DNA of 64,000 bases from Candidatus Latescibacterota bacterium (GTDB taxonomy: Bacteria > Latescibacterota > UBA2968 > UBA8231). The DNA lies in contig CBDAOB010000004.1 of NCBI GenBank assembly GCA_965197905.1, positions 224,001-288,000 of the forward strand, given 5' to 3'. The translations under genes and the position numbers were made by a program. Shown in pieces: positions 1-9,541 of this stretch. Position 1 is the first letter of the stretch, and every line of letters starts with the position of its first letter. The notes beneath the pieces are model-generated. The model made no database searches. It was not told where the DNA came from and saw nothing but the letters and a program-made list of their open reading frames with translations.

Positions 1-472
1 CCAGGTTACTGCTGACCTCGGGAAAGTGGGAATCGTAACAAATTTCCACTCCGAAGCGGATTTTTTCGTGTTCGAATACCGGCAACTGGCTGCCGGGGCG
101 AAAGGTGCCGATTTCCGAGGTCGGCACGTGCGTCTTGCGGTAGCTGCCGATCAATCCTGATGGTCCGCACACGACCTGAGTGTTGTAGATGATGCCGCTG
201 CGGTCTAGCTCCAACAGTCCGGCCAGCAACATGATGTCGTGTTCGCGGGCGATGGCATTAAGGGCTGCCACCGAGTTGCCATCGAGCCGCTCGGGCTGTG
301 GAGTCGACAGATCTCCGGCATTGTATCCGCACACACACAACTCGGGGAAACAGACGATCTCCACGTCCTGCTGCACCGCAGCAGCCGTAATTCGCCGTAT
401 CGATTCCAGGTTGCCATCGACCTCGGCAACCTGACAATTCATCTGCACGGCCGCGATTCTCAAGTCTTGCAT
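1..472 (-). CDS. Carbon-nitrogen hydrolase (nitrilase family), 3' end outside the window
   Basis: Manual translation from the ATG at 472 gives MQDLRIAAVQMNCQ...CFPELCVCGY...YRKTHVP...EICYDSHFPE, with the E-K-C triad. Absent from the ORF track because it runs off the edge. Confidence 0.9.
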   Translation of the reverse strand, partial: MQDLRIAAVQMNCQVAEVDGNLESIRRITAAAVQQDVEIVCFPELCVCGYNAGDLSTPQPERLDGNSVAALNAIAREHDIMLLAGLLELDRSGIIYNTQVVCGPSGLIGSYRKTHVPTSEIGTFRPGSQLPVFEHEKIRFGVEICYDSHFPEVSSNL

Positions 473-476
473 GTTG

Positions 477-650
477 TCATGCCTGCTTCAGCTCGGTGCC
501 GGGCCATTGAGCGTCGATGGCCGTGACGTCCACTGAGATTCCATCGGGATCTTCCACCTTGAAAGCGGTGTCTTTAATTGTGTCCCCCTCGGGTATCTTT
601 CCTTCGATGTCACTTGCTCGAACACCAACGTGTACGAGGGTTGTCGTCAT
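477..650 (-). pseudogene. Shortened VOC/glyoxalase-like protein, apparent internal in-frame deletion
   Basis: 57 aa. LVHVGVRASDIE (VOC N-terminal motif) is joined almost directly to FKVEDPDGISVDV (VOC C-terminal motif); the usual middle is missing. Confidence 0.5.
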
Positions 651-779
651 GCTGCCTTCTCCAAGGATTCGTTCCTCATGCATGGGACAAGAAGTGAAAA
701 TCTTCAAGCAACCATATAATGTCGCCAGTCGACGAAGAACCGCCAGGAATCCACACGTGTTGGTCAGGTGCCGGCAGGG

Positions 780-1208
780 TTACTGAATCTCAAGGAGCTC
801 GACCTCGAAAATCAACGTAGCGTTCTTCGGGATGACGGGTGGTGAACCGGGGGCGCCGTACCCAAGGGCGGGGGGGACCTTCAACTGCCGTATTCCTCCG
901 ACCTTCATCGACATCACCCCTTCATCCCAACCGCGGATTACCTTGCGGCGCCCTATCTCGAACGAAAAGGGACGGTTCTTCGTTCTGGAACTGTCAAAAC
1001 GGCGCCCGCTCTGTAGCCATCCTGTATAGTGAACAGTCACGTTCTTGCCTTTGCTGGGGGAGGCGCCTTTGCCCTGCACCAGGTCGAAATAGAGCAGCCC
1101 CGTATCTGTGCGGACGTAATCACCTTCCTGTACTGGCGTCGGAGCGGCCGTGACATCTTCTCCAGTAGAGTTGCCGCCTCCCAACAATAGCTTCTTCAGC
1201 CAGCCCAT
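780..1208 (-). CDS. FKBP-type peptidyl-prolyl cis-trans isomerase
   Basis: VTVHYTGWL, FDSS, VIRGWDEG, LGYG, IPKNATLIFEVELL motifs; GGAGG RBS upstream. Confidence 0.95.
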   Translation of the reverse strand: MGWLKKLLLGGGNSTGEDVTAAPTPVQEGDYVRTDTGLLYFDLVQGKGASPSKGKNVTVHYTGWLQSGRRFDSSRTKNRPFSFEIGRRKVIRGWDEGVMSMKVGGIRQLKVPPALGYGAPGSPPVIPKNATLIFEVELLEIQ

Positions 1209-1220
1209 GACTACCTCCTC

Positions 1221-1937
1221 TTATTCGAAAAACCCTTCGTCGTGCGGCCTGAGGTCGATCTCGAAGCTCCATGCGCCCTGTTTCTGATGGACGAGATCAG
1301 AATAGGACTTTGCCACCGCATCGATGTCAAGCAGCGGTTCGCCTTCCGCGGCGATGCCGTTGGCGCGGACGTCCGGCGTGTCGAGAATGCCGTCGATGAT
1401 GATGTGTGCTACGTGAATATTCGAGGGCCAAAGTTCGCGGGCAAGAGACCAGGCCAACCCGCGAGTGCCAAATTTCGCGCTGCTGAAGGCGGCGGCGCCG
1501 GCGCGGCCGCGCATTCCGGAGGTAGCTCCCGTGAAGAGGATGGCACCCCCGCCGCGTGTTTGCATATCGCCCGCGGCTTCCTTGCAACATAGAAACGCGC
1601 CATACGTACACACGCGCCAGGAGCGCTCGAAATCGTCAGGAGTCAGATCGTCAAGACCTGCCCACGTGGCGTTGCCCGCGTGATTGATCAGGAGGTCAAC
1701 CGGACCCAGGCTTTCACGGACGATCTCGAATCCCTTGCTGACCTGATGGGGATCGGTGATATCCGTTGGCACCGCCAGCGCACTTTCGTTTCGCGTCGCA
1801 AGCTCGGACGCCAATTCGCCTATGAATTGAGCCGTTCTGGCGAACATCGCCACGCGGTATCCCTCGTTCGCAAATCTGCGCACCAAGGCGGCGCCCAAAC
1901 CCGAGCCGACTCCTGTAACCAATGCGGTTTTAGTCAT
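1221..1937 (-). CDS. Short-chain dehydrogenase/reductase
   Basis: TGVGSGLG Rossmann motif, NHAG, TGATS, FSSAK variant of YxxxK, HVAHIIIDG. Confidence 0.92.
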   Translation of the reverse strand: MTKTALVTGVGSGLGAALVRRFANEGYRVAMFARTAQFIGELASELATRNESALAVPTDITDPHQVSKGFEIVRESLGPVDLLINHAGNATWAGLDDLTPDDFERSWRVCTYGAFLCCKEAAGDMQTRGGGAILFTGATSGMRGRAGAAAFSSAKFGTRGLAWSLARELWPSNIHVAHIIIDGILDTPDVRANGIAAEGEPLLDIDAVAKSYSDLVHQKQGAWSFEIDLRPHDEGFFE

Positions 1938-1956
1938 AATTCCTTCACGCGGTCTA

Positions 1957-2385
1957 TCATGGCATGGGTTCGATCCTGATAAGGATCTTTACTTGCCCGT
2001 CGAGGTTCGCCGCCCGGGCAAAACCGATAGCCCCTTTGGTGCTGGCGACCCTGGCCACCAGATCTTCCTCCGACGGCATCGCTTCCGGGGGGTCTCCCTC
2101 ACCTGACAGTACCTTCTTGAGCCAGATCGACTTCATTCGGGAAGGTCGTTTACCGAGGAACTGGTAGAAGGCGTCTCGCGTTTCGCCTTTCGGTTTCAGG
2201 TCGAGCACGACCACCGGTTGTTGATCGGGCCACTTCACGATGTCAAACAGGTAGAAGTCCAGGAGTTCGCTCTTTTTAAGTGCATCGACAGGTACCGAGG
2301 GGTGGGCGATGACAGCTACTTCTGTGCTGTCGTCGGCCACGGCTAACAAAGGCATCATCAACAAGGTCGCAATCAACGATCGCAT
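1957..2385 (-). CDS. Small exported PstS-like substrate-binding-fold protein
   Basis: Signal peptide, VAVIAHPSVP, VASTKGAIGF; this family is usually found beside a porin gene, as here. Confidence 0.7.
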   Translation of the reverse strand: MRSLIATLLMMPLLAVADDSTEVAVIAHPSVPVDALKKSELLDFYLFDIVKWPDQQPVVVLDLKPKGETRDAFYQFLGKRPSRMKSIWLKKVLSGEGDPPEAMPSEEDLVARVASTKGAIGFARAANLDGQVKILIRIEPMP

Positions 2386-2397
2386 ACAAGGCCTAAC

Positions 2398-3552
2398 CTA
2401 AAACAGGACGGACACCGCTACACTCGATACGCCGAAGCGATTCTTCTTCTTCTCCGTCGTGCCGGTGGAAAAATATCTCAGCCGATCGTCGTCGACGACA
2501 CGCGCGTATTGTGCCTTGAGGCGAATGCGTTCTCCGACGCTGTATGATGTCCCGGCCCCGTATACGCGAATATCCTCGTGCAACTCATCTTCGGGGGAGG
2601 TAGTGGAGGATTCTGCCAACTCATGTACCTCCGTGTCCCAGTAGGTGATGTAAGCCAGCAACTGCTCGCTGAGATTGTACCCGAGGGTCCAATAATAGAA
2701 ATCGAGATCCAGTTCCAGTCTGGGAGTGCCGGTGTCGAAATTGGCGACAATATACTCGCCGTTAAACCACCAGCTGCCTTGACCGTAGGAGAAATCTGCG
2801 CCGTATCTCACCTTGGGACGATCTTCGAGTTTTCTGGCCGGCATTCCCAGTTCGGTGGCAAACATCGCTAGCACATTCGTTTTCTCGTACGTGCCGGAGA
2901 CCCCGGCCTTCAGGTCACCGCGCCGTAAACCTAGGCGCGCTCCCACCAGAAAAGCCTCTGTGGTATCCAATCCGGTCTGAAACAGATCGGGGTTGTCGTT
3001 GATATTGGAACTGTTTCCCAGGTAGACGGCATAGTCGAGCTTGATCTCGCCCGCCGGGAGATACCCGTAGCTCTGCACAAAGGCCGTTGGAGGAACCCAC
3101 TCGTCTAGGGGCAGGAAGTCGCTGAAGGAAGATTCGTAGACCAGGGGACGCGTAATATAGGGCAACAAAGGGGTCCGGTTGTTGATCTCGTTCAGGTTGT
3201 TGAAGATCGGGATCTGAAGCCCGAGCTTCAGGTTGAGCTTCTCGTTCAGCCGGTATCGGACCCAGGCCTCTTCGAGCCGAGCCGCGCCCCATCGTTGCTG
3301 GGAAGAGTAGTTGTTCAAGAACTCGAAGTTGAGGAAGGCCGCCCAACTGTTGTTGAGATCCTTCTGAAAAAGGAGGTTCAGCTGCTGAAGATTGAAGAAA
3401 GTTTGAGCGCGATGATCCTCAAAGTCGGTCCAGCGCTGCAACGAGTTCTGGAAATAGCCGAATATTCGCAGCGGTTTCTCGCCGTCGTCGGCGACGCTCG
3501 ATCCGGCGCACAGGACCAGCAGCAGAATGGGTATCAAACAGCGAAATCTCAT
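2398..3552 (-). CDS. Outer-membrane porin-like beta-barrel protein
   Basis: Probable start MRFRCLIPILLL (signal peptide), IFGYFQ, LEEAWVRY, amphipathic strands, C-terminal Phe. Confidence 0.75.
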   Translation of the reverse strand: MRFRCLIPILLLVLCAGSSVADDGEKPLRIFGYFQNSLQRWTDFEDHRAQTFFNLQQLNLLFQKDLNNSWAAFLNFEFLNNYSSQQRWGAARLEEAWVRYRLNEKLNLKLGLQIPIFNNLNEINNRTPLLPYITRPLVYESSFSDFLPLDEWVPPTAFVQSYGYLPAGEIKLDYAVYLGNSSNINDNPDLFQTGLDTTEAFLVGARLGLRRGDLKAGVSGTYEKTNVLAMFATELGMPARKLEDRPKVRYGADFSYGQGSWWFNGEYIVANFDTGTPRLELDLDFYYWTLGYNLSEQLLAYITYWDTEVHELAESSTTSPEDELHEDIRVYGAGTSYSVGERIRLKAQYARVVDDDRLRYFSTGTTEKKKNRFGVSSVAVSVLF

Positions 3553-3645
3553 TTGGACAAACCTTCTTTGAGAACGGTCCCGCCCGAAAAGATAGTCGCG
3601 TTCAAGACGGCTCTCAAGACGAAGTGCGTAACTCCGCACTGGGAC

Positions 3646-6357
3646 TCAGATGGAGTAGCTTACGGACACCTCCGAAACGCGCGGAGACCGCATTCCGTTT
3701 ACCGCGCCCAGGGCGAGGCGGTACTGGATCCAGCGGCTGCCTCCGAGATGCCCATGGACAGCGTCACCGTTTTGGTACCAGCTGTCATTACCGTCCGGAC
3801 CCGACCACGGCGCACTTTCGAGTCTGTTCTCGCTATCAGACCAGCGAAGCTGGGCGCCTAGCCAGGTTTTTGCCGGCAGCTCGGCTTCCCATTGCACACG
3901 CTCTAGTTCAATGCCGTTCGGTACCTGGAATGGAACCGATTCGTAGTACTCCTCTTGACCGCGGTCGGCGATGTTTCCCGGATCGACGCAAATCATGCCG
4001 TGTGGCCCCATGGTTGGCAGCTTCGTCTGCCGAGCTTCCGAGAATCCCTCGGGCCCGTTCCACCACACTCCGGACCAGCCGATGTGGTCTCCCTCGATCT
4101 TGTGGTTGGCGATAGCCAGGTCGATCCAGCCATCCTCATCGAAATCGACAGCTACACATCCCGAAGCCGAGTGCGCGAAGAGCCGGGTAAAATCAAGGGC
4201 GGAGAAACCCCGATCGGGCTTGTTCCAGTATATGTAAGATTCGATGTCACGAGTACGGCCGTTGTGATAACACGGTACGAACAGATCCAATCTTCCGTCG
4301 TTGTCCAGATCTGCCACGCCGACAGAGAGAACATTGTTGGCGGGAAGCAAGGTTTTTCGCGACTCGTCCAGGCCGTCCGGTCCGTTCCAGTAAATGTGCA
4401 GGAAACAGTCGTCCGGCTCGCCCAGGGACGGAGGGCCTCCGCCAACCAGGAGATCCAAATATCCGTTACCCGTCAGATCGGCAGCCCGCGCGCAGACGCC
4501 TTTCCAGACCGACAGGATCTGCGACCGCTCCATGCTGAATCCCTGCGGTCCCCCCCAGAGAACAAAACTGCGATCGCCTTTGCTCTGTGGTACCACCAGG
4601 TCGAGCCAGCCGTCGTTGTTGAGGTCGGCCAGATAGATCCACAGGGGGCTGTCGCATTCGGTGTCCTCCAACTCCAGGTGAATGCCCTCGGGGTGTTCCA
4701 GATCGAAACCATGCTCCCCGCCGTAGAAGATCAGCAGATCGGGGCTTCGGTGGCCGCCGAAAACCAGGTCCAGATAACCGTCGCGATTCAGGTCGGCGCA
4801 ACAACCGCCATGCGCCAGGTTCGATGGCAGGCTCCAGGTCGGCTGGCGCTCGAACCCGGCGCCGGTATTGAGAAACACGTAGGAACCGGGATCGCGGGAC
4901 GGGGTGTTATGGGAAGAGTTGACCAGCACGAGATCCGGTAATCCGTCGTCGTTGAGATCGCAGCAAAGAGCTCCGATGGCACCCCAACCGGGAAGGTCCT
5001 GGCGTCGGTCGGGATGGAATCCGTCGGGGCCGCCGAAATAGATGGAGACGTCTACCTCTTCGGTCTTGTTGCGCGCCCGAGTGTTGACGAACACGAGATC
5101 GGGCCGCCGCGCACCGGATGGCCGCGCCATGAACACCCGCCGGGCATCGTGTCCGGTAAGACGTTCGACCTGGTGGCATCGTCCATCCTTCGAGACCTTG
5201 TACACGGGCGATTCGTGGGTAAACATGTCTTCCGTGTGACCCTGGCACAGGACGAACTCGTCGCGACCGTCATCGTCCAGATCGCCCACCGCAACGTCGC
5301 AGGCGCGAAAGCTCGCAACCTCGGTTCGGGTGGATTCGTTCACTGCCGCGTCAACGCCCCAGTATATGCAGGAAAATTCCCCTTCGCGCTCACGCGGGCG
5401 GCAGGCAAAAACAAGATCGGTGTTACCGCTTCCCGTCAGATCGCCGCCGGCGACTGCCAACGCCTGTGGACACTCGAAACGCAGTGCGGTGCCAAAATTC
5501 CGGTTCGGTTCGACGGGAACAAGAAGGGCGTGTTCGGCGCGGCCCACGAAGAGGTGAGGTTGGCCATGGAGTTGCACAAACTGGACCAGCGGTTTCGCGT
5601 CCTGCACAAACTCGGCCGCGGTCTTGTCCAGATCCGATGCGCCGTCGACCTCAGCGTTATCCAATGAGGTGGGGACTTGCGTTTTCGAACCTGGATCCAA
5701 CCCTTCGGGAGAGCCCCAGAATATGGTCATCTCACCGGTGGGATACCGCACCACCAGATCGTCACAGCCGTCGCCATCGAGATCCAAAGCCCCCAGCTGT
5801 TCACCGCCGATCTCGGTCTGAACGAACCGTTTGGGTTCGAAGCCAATCTCGGACTGGAAAAACAAACGCACCTTCTCCTCGCTCAGAAAGGCAAGGTCAG
5901 GTCGCCCATCCCCGTCGAAGTCGCCGGCCGCCACCGAGGTGCAACGAGGCGCCGGCAAACGCAAGTGGCCTTTTTCACTCCATCCGTCAGGCGAACCGAA
6001 ATAGATGAAGGCGTTCATGTGCATCCCGATACCGTTGTACCAGTTGCCGAGTACAAGGTCGTCGAAGCCGTCTCCGTTCAGATCCAGCACCGCCCCCGAC
6101 CAAGCGCCGTCTGCGGGGAGTTCGAGATTGGAGCGATCGCCCAGCGGGTCGCTGTAGATACCGACCGGAGCCATCTCCAGGTGGGATTGGCTATTGCTGA
6201 ATACCAGGTCGAAGTAGCCGTTGCCGTTGAAGTCGAATTGATGGATACGTTGTAGAAGCCCCGCCCTGGAGACGTAGAGATTGTGCCCCGCGTTGCCGAA
6301 GGTGCCCCGGCGGAACGCCTCGAATCCTTTGGTGACCCAAACCTCTTTCGTCGGCAT
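3646..6357 (-). CDS. FG-GAP/VCBS repeat beta-propeller protein
   Basis: 12 clear and 2 degenerate D-[LF]-x-x-D-G-x-x-D-L repeats with IYWG/IYFG strands. Confidence 0.88.
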   Translation of the reverse strand: MPTKEVWVTKGFEAFRRGTFGNAGHNLYVSRAGLLQRIHQFDFNGNGYFDLVFSNSQSHLEMAPVGIYSDPLGDRSNLELPADGAWSGAVLDLNGDGFDDLVLGNWYNGIGMHMNAFIYFGSPDGWSEKGHLRLPAPRCTSVAAGDFDGDGRPDLAFLSEEKVRLFFQSEIGFEPKRFVQTEIGGEQLGALDLDGDGCDDLVVRYPTGEMTIFWGSPEGLDPGSKTQVPTSLDNAEVDGASDLDKTAAEFVQDAKPLVQFVQLHGQPHLFVGRAEHALLVPVEPNRNFGTALRFECPQALAVAGGDLTGSGNTDLVFACRPREREGEFSCIYWGVDAAVNESTRTEVASFRACDVAVGDLDDDGRDEFVLCQGHTEDMFTHESPVYKVSKDGRCHQVERLTGHDARRVFMARPSGARRPDLVFVNTRARNKTEEVDVSIYFGGPDGFHPDRRQDLPGWGAIGALCCDLNDDGLPDLVLVNSSHNTPSRDPGSYVFLNTGAGFERQPTWSLPSNLAHGGCCADLNRDGYLDLVFGGHRSPDLLIFYGGEHGFDLEHPEGIHLELEDTECDSPLWIYLADLNNDGWLDLVVPQSKGDRSFVLWGGPQGFSMERSQILSVWKGVCARAADLTGNGYLDLLVGGGPPSLGEPDDCFLHIYWNGPDGLDESRKTLLPANNVLSVGVADLDNDGRLDLFVPCYHNGRTRDIESYIYWNKPDRGFSALDFTRLFAHSASGCVAVDFDEDGWIDLAIANHKIEGDHIGWSGVWWNGPEGFSEARQTKLPTMGPHGMICVDPGNIADRGQEEYYESVPFQVPNGIELERVQWEAELPAKTWLGAQLRWSDSENRLESAPWSGPDGNDSWYQNGDAVHGHLGGSRWIQYRLALGAVNGMRSPRVSEVSVSYSI

Positions 6358-6373
6358 TGTTGCTCCGGCGAAT

Positions 6374-9300
6374 CTATCGAAGCACGGTCATCTTGTGGGT
6401 CAGATGGACCGGATCGAGTCCGCGCCCCGACACCTCAAGGCGATAGAAATAGACCCCGCTTCCGACCGCTTGTCCGTCCCCATCGCGTCCCGACCAGGAG
6501 AGGTTGAAGGTGCCCGAAGGTTTGAACCCCGAGTCGAGTACGCGAACTACCCCGCCCGTCACATCGTAGATCGTCAGCCGCACATGGGCGGGCGCGGGCA
6601 AACCGTAGGTGATAACGGTCTCAGGATTGAACGGATTGGGGAAGTTCTGATCCAACCGGAATGCGGCTGGTTGAGACTCCACGATATCCTCGATGGAGGT
6701 CGGGATTTCGGGGCGGGAGCCTATGGTGAACCAGGTGGGCAGCTGGCCTTCGCTGGCGTACGGCTCGGATACGGTTTCGGGAGTGATCTTGTCTTCCAGA
6801 ATGTCGATCCGCCTCAATGTCGGAGTCTCCCCTTCGAAACGTTGGAACAGGAGCTCGGAATCATCCGGAGAATAGCGGGGGTACCCGATGGAGCTATCGT
6901 TGTCCTCGATCAGGTTCGTGGAACCGGTGAACAGATCCCCCGCCCATATCTCGTCGAGGTCGTTGATTTCGTCGTACAGGTCGAATGCAAATGCGTCGTC
7001 GCTGGTCTGTCCGAACGATGGATTCCCGGTGTGTAATCCTTCGGGCAGTGCCGGAAAGAGCGGGAAGATGATCTCGTTGTCCACATCGAGCATGTTGATC
7101 GACCAGAAGGTCAGAGAGTCGCCGTTGGCCTGGGGCACGCTGTTGAAGGCATCGTAGATGATGAACTCGCTGGTGAGATTCCAGTCGAGCGCGTCGGCGT
7201 AAAGGGTTACGTCCGCCTTGATGCCTTCCTGGGTCGTCGGGTTGTAGAGCGTTATTTCTTTGCTGCGTTCGGGATCCTCCAGGTTGAAGATATATATGGT
7301 CGTATCCTGGAATACGGAAGTGGCTGCAAGTCGTTTACCGTCCGGCGACAGGGCGATGGAGGACCAGTTCGCATCCTCACTGATCACTTCCTCGCCGGTA
7401 CCGTCGGAAAAGATGAAGCGAATGAAGTTGTCGGCGTCCACGAACAGAATGATCGAACCGTCGTCCGAAACGCTGACCGGGTTGCCCGTTCCAGTAAATA
7501 CCTGCGTACCGGTCAGCTGTACGACATCTTCCGCCGCCGCGATTTCCGGACGCACCAGCAACAGGCTGTTGTCGTCCGGCTCGCCGTTAACGACAGCGAT
7601 CCATTGCTCACCATCAACCGGGTTGCGATCCTGAGGTGCCGATTCACCTTCGCTGCCGACGATTCCCACCCCATCAAAGGCGGCCGCAACCGCATCTATC
7701 TCCGCTCCCGATTCCCCGAATAGATCAGTGGCAGCGCGCAGCGCCGCCAGGCGCAGATCGACGAAATTCGATCTGCTGTTCAGGTAGCGGGCATCGAGTA
7801 TGCGGTAGTAGATCTGCTCGGTCTTTTCCCGTCCCAACGCCTCGGCGATCAGAAAACAGGCGCGATTGGGAATACCACTGTTTATGTGTACGCCGCCGTT
7901 GTCCTCCGTAATCTCCAGCTCGACGAATTCATCCATGTGTGCCGGCTGCCAGGTAAAATCATTGGCATCGCTCCCGTTATGGGGATCCTGCATATCCCGC
8001 AAGACACCAGAGGCAAATACGCTTTCGTTGGCAATGTCCTCGGCCAGGGTCCAGTCGTCGCGGTCCACCATGGCGCCGAATACGTCCGCAAAAGACTCGT
8101 TCAGCGCGCCGGATTGAAAACGGTACTCGAGATTGACGGTACGTTCGATAACACCGTGGGTCATTTCGTGGGCAACCACGTCCAAAGCGGCTGCCAACGG
8201 ACGAAATCCGACGTCGCCATCTCCATATGCCGTAAACGCCCCGTTCCAGAAGGCGTTGTCCATGGGTTGGTCGTCCTCGGTCACGTGAACAATCGAGATG
8301 ACGGTACCGCCACGGCCGTCGAAGAAGTACTGGAAGGCTCGTCCTGTATGGTGGTGGGCCGATACGGCCACCGGGTCGTCCCAGCTGTTGTCGCTGGACA
8401 TAACGTGAAAAACGGAAGCATCGCTGGAGAGGTCGTTTCCTCGAACATCCAAGGTCCAGATTGCCCCGCGTGGATTATTCAGCAGGTTCGGCTGCTCCGA
8501 GGCGAAGGTCACTCGAGACGCATCGATCATAAAGAAGCTGTCGTCCACCTCGTATGTATTGACGGTCTGGGTTTGCCCGGCTACATCTACGCCGCGTCCC
8601 GTAGCGGGCCCGTCGAACACCGTTCCGTTGTAGAAATCGAGGACGGTTCCGTCATTGGCCGCGACCACGTAGTACCATCGCTCTCTCCAGTTGGGCCGCA
8701 TCATCAGGTGCCAGGCAAGTCGCGGATTCTGTGTGTCCGGGTCTATCCAGATGCCAAGTTCCACGATAGGTCCGTCATAGTCGAGCAGGTTCCGCAAGTC
8801 GTCGGGAATGCGGTTGAGGCTGGTTTGTTTCTCAAGGTGTGATGCCGCGATTTCAACAGCGTTGTTCGCCGCTACAGTCGGCGCGAGGTTCTCTATGGCC
8901 GTGGGCGTCGGCGCGTACCTGCCGTTGATGGCATACGGTTCACCGTCACGCAGGTGCACCACGAGATCGTGCGCCCATACGGGCAACCCCTGGTAGGTCT
9001 GCCGAAAGCAGACATGCTGGTTGCCCAACGGACCGTCAAGTGTGGCGACGGCTTCGAGCTCAACGCGCGGATCGCGGATGCGGAACAGCGCCCGGTTAGC
9101 GGAAATGAAACCTTGGGCTCTTTCCCCCGCGGTGATCTGCACCGATTTGGCTCGGCTATTGGCCGGGGGGCGGGACATGAAGGCGGGCGTGCCATTGCGG
9201 TCGTTATATTGAATGTTCCACCCCGACAGCCTGGTAGCCAGCGACTTCGACGAGCTCCCTCGGATCGGGGCCGCTAGCATTCCCAGGTTCTGCATGGCGG

Positions 9301-9541
9301 GAGTGATGCTCTTACCCTTCCCATGCGCCCGCAGGGCGCGGACCGGTTGAGCCGCGCTGGCGACGAGGCGGGGCCGCACCTCGGTGGCGGCGATACTCCG
9401 CTTTCTCTTCTTCTGCCATGCCTCAGCGGCGGAGGTTGTGGCGGCCGCCGTCAACGGTCCAAAAAAAATCGAGCCCAGCATCATCGTAGCGGTGACGCGG
9501 TTTACAAAGCTCGCCGAACTTATCGATTTTGATGGTCCCAT
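6374..9541 (-). CDS. M4 (thermolysin-family) metallopeptidase with propeptide, propeller-like region and FlgD/T9SS-like C-terminal domain
   Basis: NAFWNG, HEMTH, GALNESFAD and GGVHINSG motifs; FTP/PepSY-like proregion; C-terminal QNFPNPFNP...SGVYFYRL...KMTVLR. Start codon uncertain. Confidence 0.92.
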   Translation of the reverse strand: MGPSKSISSASFVNRVTATMMLGSIFFGPLTAAATTSAAEAWQKKRKRSIAATEVRPRLVASAAQPVRALRAHGKGKSITPAMQNLGMLAAPIRGSSSKSLATRLSGWNIQYNDRNGTPAFMSRPPANSRAKSVQITAGERAQGFISANRALFRIRDPRVELEAVATLDGPLGNQHVCFRQTYQGLPVWAHDLVVHLRDGEPYAINGRYAPTPTAIENLAPTVAANNAVEIAASHLEKQTSLNRIPDDLRNLLDYDGPIVELGIWIDPDTQNPRLAWHLMMRPNWRERWYYVVAANDGTVLDFYNGTVFDGPATGRGVDVAGQTQTVNTYEVDDSFFMIDASRVTFASEQPNLLNNPRGAIWTLDVRGNDLSSDASVFHVMSSDNSWDDPVAVSAHHHTGRAFQYFFDGRGGTVISIVHVTEDDQPMDNAFWNGAFTAYGDGDVGFRPLAAALDVVAHEMTHGVIERTVNLEYRFQSGALNESFADVFGAMVDRDDWTLAEDIANESVFASGVLRDMQDPHNGSDANDFTWQPAHMDEFVELEITEDNGGVHINSGIPNRACFLIAEALGREKTEQIYYRILDARYLNSRSNFVDLRLAALRAATDLFGESGAEIDAVAAAFDGVGIVGSEGESAPQDRNPVDGEQWIAVVNGEPDDNSLLLVRPEIAAAEDVVQLTGTQVFTGTGNPVSVSDDGSIILFVDADNFIRFIFSDGTGEEVISEDANWSSIALSPDGKRLAATSVFQDTTIYIFNLEDPERSKEITLYNPTTQEGIKADVTLYADALDWNLTSEFIIYDAFNSVPQANGDSLTFWSINMLDVDNEIIFPLFPALPEGLHTGNPSFGQTSDDAFAFDLYDEINDLDEIWAGDLFTGSTNLIEDNDSSIGYPRYSPDDSELLFQRFEGETPTLRRIDILEDKITPETVSEPYASEGQLPTWFTIGSRPEIPTSIEDIVESQPAAFRLDQNFPNPFNPETVITYGLPAPAHVRLTIYDVTGGVVRVLDSGFKPSGTFNLSWSGRDGDGQAVGSGVYFYRLEVSGRGLDPVHLTHKMTVLR

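Noticed and set aside
3955..8842. Long plus-strand ORFs (e.g. 3955-4941, 6281-7036, 7886-8842)
   Set aside because: Antisense shadows of well-supported minus-strand genes in GC-rich DNA, with no motifs.
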